A stretch of 64,000 bases of DNA from Macrostomum hystrix. Taxonomy: Eukaryota; Animalia; Platyhelminthes. The stretch is taken from the NCBI GenBank assembly GCA_950097015.1, contig CATNEN010000010.1, positions 620,001-684,000 of the forward strand, in the 5' to 3' direction. Under the pieces are notes generated by a model. The model saw only the letters and a program-made list of their open reading frames with translations, made no database searches and was not told the DNA's origin. Below are positions 37,004-47,509 of the stretch, piece by piece (the stretch's first letter is position 1; each line of letters opens with the position of its first letter). Made by a program: the position numbers and the translations under genes.

Positions 37004-38404
37004 ATGGGATCGGCAGGTGAGAACGGCACCGCCGGCCTCGCTGACGACAACCTCAACCTGCTGAACTCGCCCGCCTGGCGCGCCGCGGGCCTGGGCTTCC
37101 TGCTCTTCGCCTGCTGGCTGGGCCTGGCTGGCAACGGGCTCGTCTTGGCGCTGCTCGCCTGCCACCGCCGCCTGCAGAACGGCATCAACGCCTGTGTTGC
37201 CAACATAGCCTTCTGCGACCTGCTTGTCTGTGGAATCATCCTGCCGGTGACATTCGCCCAGCGGGAGGCCGGAGCCCAGCTTGTCGGGGACACAGTCTGC
37301 CTGCTCAGTGGCTGCGCCCTGTTCATCTGCACGGGTGTAGCCAATTCCAGCTTTGCACTCATTGGCGTCAACAGATTCGTGTTCCTAATGCATCCGGCTG
37401 CTTATCGCAGGTTGGCGACCGCTTGGGTTTCAAAGTTTGGGGTGGTGGGTTTGGATTGCACAGTTTGGGGTGGTGGGTTTGGATTGCACAGTTTGGGGTG
37501 GTGGGTTTGGACGGCACAGTTTGGGGTGGTGGGTTTGGAGGGCACAGTTTGGGGTGGTGGGTTTGGAGGGCACAGTTTGGGGTGGTGGGTTTGGATTGCA
37601 CAGTTTGGGGTGGTGGGTTTGGATTGCACAGTTTGGGGTGGTGGGTTTGGATTGCACAGTTTGGGGTGGTGGGTTTGGATGGCACAGTTTGGGGTGGTGG
37701 GTTTGGAGGGCACCCTTTGGGGTGGTGGGTTTGGAGGGCACCCTTTGGGGTGGTGGGTTTGTCGCCGCTTTTTAGAGCCGCTTCCAACATCCAACTCTTC
37801 CCAACAAGGTGCCTAGAGGGCCCACGTCACGTGATCATCCGCCTGGCGGTCAACTGGATGAGCTGGCTGGCTCTGAGCGGCGGGGTTTTTCGCCAGGCAC
37901 GCCTTCCAGTATCTGCCAGACAGCTTCCTGTGCTTCTTCAGCGACACGGACACGGACCCGGCCACCACCGCGCTGGTAATGCTGGCGATGGTGACACTGC
38001 CGTCCATTGTTGCTGGCTTCTGCTACTGCCGCATTCTCACCCACGTCCTGGCCTCGCGGCGTCGAGTTCGCGACCTACAGAGCTCCGATCGTCAGGCAGG
38101 CGAGCAGCGCCGCCTGACCCACTCGCTGGCAGTCGTGATGCTGAACTACCTCATCTTCAATCTGCTGTGGCTGCCCTACTCCTGCTACGCGATGTTCGGC
38201 CGCCTGCTGCGGCTGGCCACCCACGCTGAGCACAATGTACTTTTGTGGACTGCTCTGTTCGGCTGCTCCGTTAAGCCTTTGCTGCAGCTGACGCTGAGCC
38301 CGGAGTTTCGCGGGCAGCTGCTGCGGCTGCGGCTGCAAAAGTGCGCGCGGCGAGAGGGCGTGGTGACGCCCTCCTCGCCGATAGCGGCCATCGCCACCAA
38401 CTGA
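37004..38404 (+). CDS. Class A GPCR, melatonin/Tre1/GPR84-like (NRF motif); 2 exons with an apparent +1 frameshift
   Basis: Exon 1 37004-37410 (GN in TM1, NIAFCD in TM2, GVNRF..HP in TM3). Exon 2 37809-38404 (TM4 W, ECL2 YLPDSFLCFF, CYCRI in TM5, WLPY in TM6, CSVKPLL in TM7). TM4 and ECL2 are in different frames around CGGGGTTTTT (37881-37890). Confidence 0.85.
37424..37760. repeat. 28-bp G-rich minisatellite in the GPCR intron
   Basis: Unit CACAGTTTGGGGTGGTGGGTTTGGATTG x~12. Confidence 0.96.
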
Positions 38405-38656
38405 GCAGCCGGCGGGCAAGCCGCTCACAATGACCAACAGATGATTGACATGGATTCAGCTCGCACAGTGAATCATGCGCCCTACCTTTTTCTCTGTACT
38501 TTTGAGTCTTGCGTACTGCAAATTTTCCAAGAAAAAAAATCAGAAGCTGTGTGCGACTAAATCTAGAATAACAATGCATTTTGAGGGCAGGCTTTCTTCT
38601 TTCATGACAAACTTAAACTTTTTGGTTTTGTTTAAACTTTAAATAGGAACATGTGT

Positions 38657-39168
38657 GGGTGTCAGGGAGGAATGCGGAATGGTTGACGGTGTCAGAGAGG
38701 AATGCGGAATGGTTGAGGGTGTCAGGGAGGAATGCGGAATGGGTTAGGGTGTCAGAGAGGAATGCGGAATGGGTTAGGGTGTCAGGCAGAATGCGGAATG
38801 GGTGAGGGTGTCAGGGGGGAATGCGGAATGGGTTAGGGTGTCAGGCAGAATGCGGAATGGGTGAGGGTGTCAGGGAGGAATGCGGAATGGGTTAGGGTGT
38901 CAGGCAGAATGCGGAATGGGTGAGGGTGTCAGGGAGGAATGTGGAATGGGTTAGGGTGTCAGAGAGGAATGCGGAATGGGTTAGGGTGTCAGAGAGGAAT
39001 GCGGAATGCGTTAGGGTGTCAGGGAGGAATGCGGAATGGGTTAGGGTGTCAGGGAGGAATGCGGAATGGGTTAGGGTGTCAGGGAGGAATGCGGAATGGG
39101 TTAGGGTGTCAGGGAGGAATGCGGAATGGGTTAGGGTGTCAGGCAGAATGCGGAATGGGTGAGGGTGT
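38657..39168. repeat. 30-bp minisatellite containing GGGTTAGGG
   Basis: Unit AGGGTGTCAGGGAGGAATGCGGAATGGGTT x~17. Confidence 0.96.
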
Positions 39169-40042
39169 GGCGGTGTCAAGTAACCGATAATCCTTGAATG
39201 CAGTGGCAGGGATATGAAGCCAAATGCCAAGCCTCTGAATGCAGGAAGGTGTCAGATCTCAAAGCTATTAGAATTCCATATTTTTCATGGTGGAAGCCAA
39301 TTGAGGTTGCGCAAACTGTTGAGAAATCAGATCCCCAGGATTAAGGACAAATCTGCCGCAAATAGAACACGCAATCAATTGGGTTTGGTGATTCTTGTCT
39401 GAGTCTCGTTGTTTGTCCTTGGACTAGGTTAGGGCATTGGCTCACTCAGGGCCATCCACTGAAATTGAAGTGATGTTTCAAATCCTTCAGCTCTGTCTCG
39501 ATTCAGGGCGATTGGTAAAATATTTTTGGTGATAAGTAACGAAAAAATGTGGGCAGTTGAAATACACTCCTTTTAGCTGTCAAGACCCGAGAGCAGAGCC
39601 ACTCCTGAGGCGGATATCAAATTAGATTGCCAGTTGCGCCTTAGAGCACGCCAGCAGTTAGACTCAGACGCCAAATTGTGAGGCTGCATCCTCGGACATG
39701 GAAGCGGCCGCTCTAGCCGGCCTCCTCTCCTCCTCTGAGCCTTTTTCAAGTGCAGCTGCTTTGGGTGTGCGACCTCTAACAGTTTGACTGCCTGCCTGAG
39801 ACCCAGGTGCTGAGCAGCGGGGCGACCCGATTTGAGCACATCTTACAGCGAAACCGGAAGCTGCATTAGTTAGAATCTTAATTAGCTGGCGGTTCTCTTT
39901 CCTATATCACACGGACAAAGTGCAGCTAATGAGGTCTCCTGCTGGAGCAGCTATTGCATTCTCAGCAAAACATTAATTAAGGGTTATTTAATGCCAGGCG
40001 GTGAAAACTGACTTGCCCAACATGTCTATCAGGTGTCCCCCT

Positions 40043-40397
40043 ATAATAATAATAACATTGGCAGGAGGCCAGCGGGCAATGGGACATCATTTGGTGATTC
40101 TAGACCCGCTGCCAGCGAGGAGGCAATTCTGCCCATTCCGCTGACTCCTGAGCACTCACGCACACAATACCGTACGCAGGTACACACTCACATAAGTGTG
40201 TACATCTGGCCTGACTTTCTCATCGTCAGGCAGTGTACATTTCCACTGTGCCTTGGAGGTTGGCCCTCAAGGGCATAAATTGCACAACATGACCCCAAGC
40301 CTTCTCTCCGCGGCTGCGCCCCAACTGAATGTGGCCTCGACGCGGAATCGAGCTTAGGGACCTTAGTGCGAGAGGCAAACGCGTTGGACCGTTGGAT
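40043..40397 (-). mobile_element. tRNA-derived SINE, copy B (B box retained, 5' end truncated)
   Basis: The reverse complement aligns to 13065-13480 over ~330 bp. B-box-like GCTCGATTCC; (TAT)n tail. Confidence 0.8.
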
Positions 40398-41365
40398 GTG
40401 TCTAACAGGTGCCACTGTGTCTAACAGGTGTCATGTGTCTAACAGGTGTCACTGTGTATAACAGGTGTCATGTGTCTAACAGGTGTCATTTGTCTAACAA
40501 GTGTCACTGTGTCTAACAGTTGTCCCCTTATCTATCAGGCATCCCCATATCATACAGGAGTCGCCCAATCTGATAGGTGTCGCCCAATGTAACAGGTGTC
40601 GTCATATCTGACAGGTGTCGCTATATCTAACAGGTGTCGCCATATCTAATAGGTGTCGCTATATCTAACAGGTGTCGCCATATCTAATAGGTGTCGCCCA
40701 GTCTAACAGGTGTCGCCCAGTCGAACAGGTGTCGCCCAATTGAACAAGTTTCGCCCTATCTAACAGGTGTCGCCCTATCTAACAGGTGTCGCCATATCTA
40801 ACAGGTGTCGCCCTATCTAACAGGTGTCGCCATATCTAACAGGTGTCGCCCTATCTAACAGGTGTCGCCCTATCTAACAGGTGTCGCCCTATCTAACAGG
40901 TGTCGCCCTATCTAACAGGTGTCGCCATATCTAACAGGTGTCGCCCTATCTAACAGGTGTCGCCCTATCTAACAGGTGTCGCCATATCTAACAGGTGTCG
41001 CCCAGTCGAACAGGTGTCGCCCAGTCGAACAGGTGTCGCCCTATTGAACAAGTGTCGCCCAGTCTAACAGGTGTCGCCCTATCTAACAGGTGTCGCCCTA
41101 TCTAACAGGTGTCGCCATATCTAACAGGTGTCGCCCAGTCGAACAGGTGTCGCCCAGTCTAACAGGTGTCGCCCAGTCGAACAGGTGTCGCCCTATTGAA
41201 CAAGTGTCGCCCAGTCTAACAGGTTTCGCCCAATTGAACAAGTTTCGCCCTATCTAACAGGTGTCGCCTAGTCGAACAGGTGTCGCCCTATTGAACAAGT
41301 GTCGCCCAGTCTAACAGGTGTCGCCCAATTGAACAAGTTTCGCCCTATCTAACAGGTGTCGCCCA
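40398..41365. repeat. 19-bp minisatellite (CTAACAGGTGTCGCCCTAT)
   Basis: About 50 units with variants. Confidence 0.96.
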
Positions 41366-43049
41366 AAGGTGCAGCTGTGTTTAATATATTTTACTTCAAT
41401 TTTGTAAGAATAATTTACTACGGACTGCAATAATTTCTAGGCAAATTTTGTCAGCCAGTTGCTCCACTGCATTGGTTGTTGGTGGCAGCTGTGTCTGCTT
41501 ACCGAAATCAACAAACAGGTGGCATTCTTGCCTAATTAGATCGATACGCTAAGAGCCGAAGCCCAGCAGTATTAAGATCTTAAGAGAAATTCGTAGCAGA
41601 ACTAAACTTTTAACCATATTTTTTACTCAAACAACATAAATGTACCGATAGAATAATAATAGATATTGTTATAGGTTCCTTTGTTTAATTCTGTCTTAAA
41701 ATAGTACACAGAGACGGTTAGCATATAGTGATAAGAAATACTCACAAAACATAAATTTTGAGTATGATGCACAAGAAAACAGAAGCAAACAACAGTTTTA
41801 CGAAAAAGCGACACCAAAATTCTTCAAGAGATAAAATATAAAGAGATAAACGGGAAATTTACGGAAATTCTAGGAGCTCTGGCGCGACACGGACGCTGGA
41901 GAACAGGCAAAAGCAGCAGAGCATTGGCGTGCTCAGCTCAGGTTAGCTCAGGTGGCCCAGCCAAGAATAAATAAACATACGAGTATAAACTAGGAGCTCT
42001 GAATTGCTGTAGAAAAAAGATTGAAAATGATAGTGGGCGGAAGGGGTAGATGGTGGAATGGGGTCTTCGGTTCGAAGGGGTGAAGGGTGGATTGGGGTGG
42101 TAGACGGTGAGGGGTTATGGGAGGGAATGGGGTGGTGGGCAGTGAGGGGTAGAGGGTCAAATGGGGTGGTGGGCAGTGAGGGGTAGAGGGTCAAATGGGG
42201 TGGTGGGCAGTGAGGGGTAGGGTTGGAATAGGATGTGGGCGGTGAGGGGTAGGGATGGAATGGGGTGGTTGCTAATTGAGGGGCTAGCCAACTAATTGTC
42301 TGTCGCTGAAGCAGTCGAGAGATGCACCAAAAAGAAAAGCAAAAAAGTATTTAGCCTAACAAAAAGTCACCAGAAACCAAAACAATATGCATGACAAACG
42401 ACAAAATAACAATTTTTCTTCACAACAAGATACAAGAACTTATATCAACTAAGCGCTTTAAAATGAAACTCTCAAACAGACTCGAATGAAATATATTTTT
42501 TGCACTAGATAATTTTTACCAAACAAAACAGTAAATAAATTTTGACTTTAACTGCAAAAAACTGCAGATAAACAAGTACGGGGCTATTATAATGACAAGT
42601 ATTTTAAGCCTCGGTGTTGATTGCTAGTTGGTTTTAGCCGAAGGAATCTGCTCGGTGTGAAAAGCCAAAGCTACAATTAAAACTAAAATTTATTTAATTT
42701 TTAAGACAAAAATGCCGCAAAATCACCCCATACTACTAATGAGTTTGAGTAGTGCACAGCAGACGCAGGCCAGGCGAACCGGGGCTTAAAATAGTGCGAA
42801 TTATTTTAACCGCCATTGCAAACACAAAACCGCACAATACAACAGAACTGGGATCGACACAATAATAGTTGGTGTTCCAGTATTCAGTTAATCCTAAAAG
42901 GAGGTCTAGAACACAGACAAATAATATGTCTATGGTAAATTAAGGATTAAGTTTAAAACCGGACACTCGCATTGGTTAGAATTGATTAATGATGCGGGAG
43001 AATTCATGTCGCTAATGCTATGCCTCTAGACTGTCCCAGCTTGAAGCTC

Positions 43050-46000
43050 TCAGTCATCCTTGCTGGCGGCTATCTCGGCGCCGTCGGTGTCCTGGTAGCG
43101 CAGCAGGCAGGCCAGCTCGCCCCGGACCAGAGCCAGCAGCATTGGAGCGCCCAGACAGCAGGGCACCAGGTACAGCAGGGCGGGCTGGGCGTGCTTGAAC
43201 ACGTGCATGATGACGATGGTGGCCAGGAGGCCGGCGCAGTAGGCAGCCAGGCAGCACCAGAAGTAGGGCCGGGTGGAGCGGCCGCGGGCGGAGTCGTAGC
43301 GCAACAGGAGGGCGATGAAGATGCCGGGAATGACGATGTCGCCAAGGCCGAGCATGGCGAACTTGTCAGCGGCGAAGCCGTTCTCCAGCAGGTCCTGGGG
43401 GAACACCAGCTTGATCGGCGCCTCGAAGCTCTTCGCGACCGTCACCATGACGTTGGTGCCGAACACCCAGAAGATGTCATACACGAACAGGCCGCTGAGC
43501 AGGATGGCGCCGGTGGCCACCTTGTTGAGGTGCAGCAGCTCGATGGCATTGATGGCGAAGGCCAGGCCGAATGCATTGTTAGCCAGCCAGTGACGGGTGG
43601 CCAGGTACCACAGGCCGACGCAGGCGGACACGATCAGGTTGGCCAGGTCCAGCAGGTCGAAGTCCAGGTTCAGCCACAGCTCAGAGGCTGCGGGATTTCA
43701 AAAGTGGGTGCGGCTCATTGCCAGGATAAGGGGTTCAGCTTGAACCTGACTGCTGCTAACCACTAAACCCACTAACTGATTAGCAGCAACTGACTGACCC
43801 ACTAACTGATTAGCAGCAACTGACTGACCCACTAACTGATTAGCAGCAACTGACTGACCCACTAACTGATTAGCAGCAACTGACTGACCCACTTACTGAT
43901 TAGCAGCAACTGACTGACCCACTTACTGATTAGCAGCAACTGACTGACCCACTTACTGATTAGCAGCAACTGACTGACCCACTAACTGATTAGCAGCAAC
44001 TGACTGACCCACTTACTGATTAGCAGCAACTGACTGACCCACTTACTGATTAGCAGCAACTGACTGACCCACTTACTGATTAGCAGCAACTGACTGACCC
44101 ACTTACTGATTAGCTGCAACTGACTGACCCACTTACTGATTAGCAGCAACTGACTGACCCACTTACTGATTAGCAGCAACTGACTGACCCACTTACTGAT
44201 TAGCAGCAACTCACTGACCCACTTACTGATTAGCAGCAACTGACTGACCCACTTACTGATTAGCAGCAACTCACTGACCCACTTACTGATTAGCAGCAAC
44301 TGACTGACCCACTTACTGATTAGCTGCAACTCACTGACCCACTAACTGATTAGCAGCAACTGACTGACCCACTTACTGATTAGCAGCAACTGACTGACCC
44401 ACTTACTGATTAGCAGCAACTGACTGACCCACTTACTGATTAGCAGCAACTGACTGACCCACTAACTCACCCTTATCAGCGGAGTCGCCCGCGGCATGAG
44501 CAGGTTCTGCAGGTTCAGTCGACTTCTGCTCAGCCTTCTTGCCAGTCTTCGGCTCCTTGGCCTTCTCCTTGTCCTTGGCCGGTTCTTCCGGCTTGGGTTT
44601 CAGTTTGGAGACAAACTCAAGGATGCGAATGTTGAAGCTGCGGTTGGGCAGGCTGGCGGGAACCAGCTTGTGGTACACGGGCCTGAATAGCGGCGAGGGA
44701 AGCACAGAGTCAAATAAGTTTACAATTTCTGTCCAATTGCAGGTGCGCAACTGATAATCAGAGCCAAAAAACTCACTTGAGCACGTGGGTGAGAGCCAGT
44801 ACGCCGAGTAGGAAAAAGTAGAATGCCAGCAGCATGTTGATGTACTCCTTGGAGATCAGCTGCAAGTATTGCCAATAGCAGGACTCATGACAAGACTGAC
44901 AAACTGGTAAATCAATGTTTTTATTGCAAGACTATTAACTGGCAAACCTTGAAGAATAAGTAGATGCCAAACAGGGCTCCACTGGCGTACAGGGGAAACA
45001 TGGCCGCATCCTTTGAAGTCATGGTCTCCACCTCTCCAGTTTCCTGGTCAATGAATTAAAGAAGGAAGCCAAGATTATATATCCACACTAGTTTATTCTT
45101 ATTGGCTAGAGATGAGTAAAATTATAATTAGAAAAGGTAAGTTCTATAAAAGCACAACTTTTATTTTGTAAGCTGTACTTCTCACAAACATATAATTGGC
45201 CTTTTTTATACCAACAACAAACATTTAGACTATCTAAACTTTCCAAAAATTATATAAGGATTGAATAAAGGAGCTAATATATATACTCTGGACTCCATGT
45301 ATTTTAGTAACAGTTTTGCTTTTTGTGGTAATAGTCATAGTTAAAATATGCTGTTTCTTATTTGAATAGTTAGTAAGTTTGCATATATGGCTCAGGCAAA
45401 ATGCCTGTTTAGAGAGTAATCCATAAACTGACAAATGTATTCATGAATTAGCATTTCATCAAATAAATGTACATTCTTTTATATACAAAAAACTGTTGAA
45501 AAATTAGTAGCAGAATCTTCTTTACTTTACTTAAAACTACTTTAAATTCAAATGAAATTTATTTTGTGACTTATACTTTCATTGTTTCACATTGACATTT
45601 CAGATAAGTGTTTTAATAGCAATATATAAGTAAATGAATATAAGTCCAGAAAGAAATTATATCTTAATAATTCTTAGTCTCATATTTGTGATTTTAGCCA
45701 TTAAAACTAAATAAACTAAATGATTGTTGGTAAAAAAGATGTTACATTTGTACAAGATGTTGTACTGGAACATTGAATTCCAGTCATTTTGGCATTAGCC
45801 GCTTCAGCCAAAAGCCATTTTGGCCAAAAGCCAAATGAGCATAATAATGCTACATTATGCTACCAAATCAGCAGCCAATTCCACAACAGTAAATGCCTTC
45901 TTAGACTCTGCAGCCAAACTCATTAGCAATACTTGTAATAGCAAGTGAAATGTGCTTATTGGCAGTACTGAACTATTTGCATTGGTGCAGAATATTCATG

Positions 46001-46750
46001 TTTTTACCATTCTTTGTGTACCAAGACCTCTTCTTTTATTAATTTTATACTGTGCAAGTACTTCGAGCATGTATTTAAAATTCTTTGTCATTGTAAAAGT
46101 CAAGTTCGTGCTTTCCATCGTCACTATAAAATAAAATTAACAACTCTTAAATAAATTAGAAATTTTAATATTATTCAAATTAGCCATAAGAATATTGTGA
46201 GTTAAAATAAGTATGGGCCTGAACTGGTTTGTGGCTGAAATGGTTTGAGGCCAAAACAGCTTTTGGCCAAAATGCCTATGGCCAAAACAACCAGTTACCC
46301 CTACATTACTCATTAGATATACATGCCCTGCAAATTTCTTGTTTATTTATAATAGTAACAGTTAGAGAGCTTCTGATTAGATTACACAAAATAAAACTGT
46401 CATACTCAAAATTTTATTTTACTACCTGTAGAACAATAGGCTAAATGAAAAGTAGCTATTACTGAAACATTTAATTGTATCCTTAATCAAAGGCAAAGCT
46501 GACTATGTAATAAGTTAGCTAGTTCACACATTGATACTGAAATAAATGAGTTATATGATACAAAAATTTGTATACTGTTTACCTTGTTTAACTTGTTAGC
46601 AGCCACGGATTGCAGCGATCCTATTACTATTGGCACAATAGCCATAATAAAAAGACTAGAATAGGCCAATAAGAAGCCTTCTGTAGTAGCTGTAAAGGTG
46701 GCATTTCCAGCTGTTGCGTTTAAAGTGTCATTCAATGTAGCATTTTCCAT
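43050..46750 (-). CDS. HM13: Signal peptide peptidase (minor histocompatibility antigen H13, GxGD aspartyl intramembrane protease); 5 exons
   Basis: Exons 46750-46583, 45043-44948, 44859-44777, 44682-44471 and 43687-43050. HWLANN, catalytic LFVYDIFWVF and MLGLGDIVIPG, QPALLYLVP. Confidence 0.96.
43765..44466. repeat. 30-bp minisatellite filling HM13 intron 4
   Basis: Unit ACTTACTGATTAGCAGCAACTGACTGACCC x~23. Confidence 0.97.
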
Positions 46751-47100
46751 GATGATTTCGGAAGATATAGACTACTAGATCAGCTTGATGATGGTTCACG
46801 TCGAATTAAAAAAATAGATAGGTTTAAGGTGTTTTAGAGATGCGGCCGCCGATGTGAGCAATAACGTGACGTAAAGTGTTTTGAATTATTTAGTTCTAAG
46901 AAATATATGAAGAAACAAAGCTGTAACTTTTTTAAACCATTGACGTTGTTTTAAAAAATGCTTTCTTACTTAATATAGTTTGTAATAAGGAATACGAAAA
47001 ATATGCAACTAATACTGCCATAAGCTCCTCAATTTGCAAGCTAAAAAGTCGAAATGTGCAATATCCAAATAAAGGAAAAATAGGAAAAAATAGAGGGCTC

Positions 47101-47509
47101 TTTTCCAAAAACATCCCGAATATAACATGCAAAAGTTTCGCATATTTATCCTGCGATAACATGTTACGTGTTACAGAATTCGAGCTTCTATGAAAGTAAA
47201 TCGTGAAAGCAAACGTATAAATTGAAACTAGCTTATTGTTACTACATGTCATACAGTGTTACTTTGCAGGTCCTGTGATGTATGTCTAATTGTTATAGTT
47301 TTGCATTTCCATAGTATTTGGACTTATATTTCAAGCCGCTGAAAGTATTCATTAATATAAAATGACATAATTTATAATTTATAATAAATTATAATGTAAA
47401 TAATTTATAATTTATAATAAATTATAATGTAACTGTAACACAGTAACATGTTATCGCAAGAAAAATATGCGAAACTTTTGCATGTTATATTCGGGATGTT
47501 TTTGGAAAA
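47101..47509. mobile_element. Foldback/MITE-like element with ~76-bp inverted arms
   Basis: 47101-47176 is the reverse complement of 47433-47509 (few mismatches). The interior has an AT-rich ~33-bp tandem duplication. No clear TSD. Confidence 0.7.

Noticed and set aside
38657-39168. Interstitial telomere
   Set aside because: There is only one TTAGGG per 30-bp unit and no tandem (TTAGGG)n.
43020-43766. 248-aa plus-strand ORF and similar antisense ORFs (10783-11598, 25432-26034, 49079-49738, 50908-51564)
   Set aside because: These are shadow ORFs opposite GC3-rich real genes, with no recognisable motifs.
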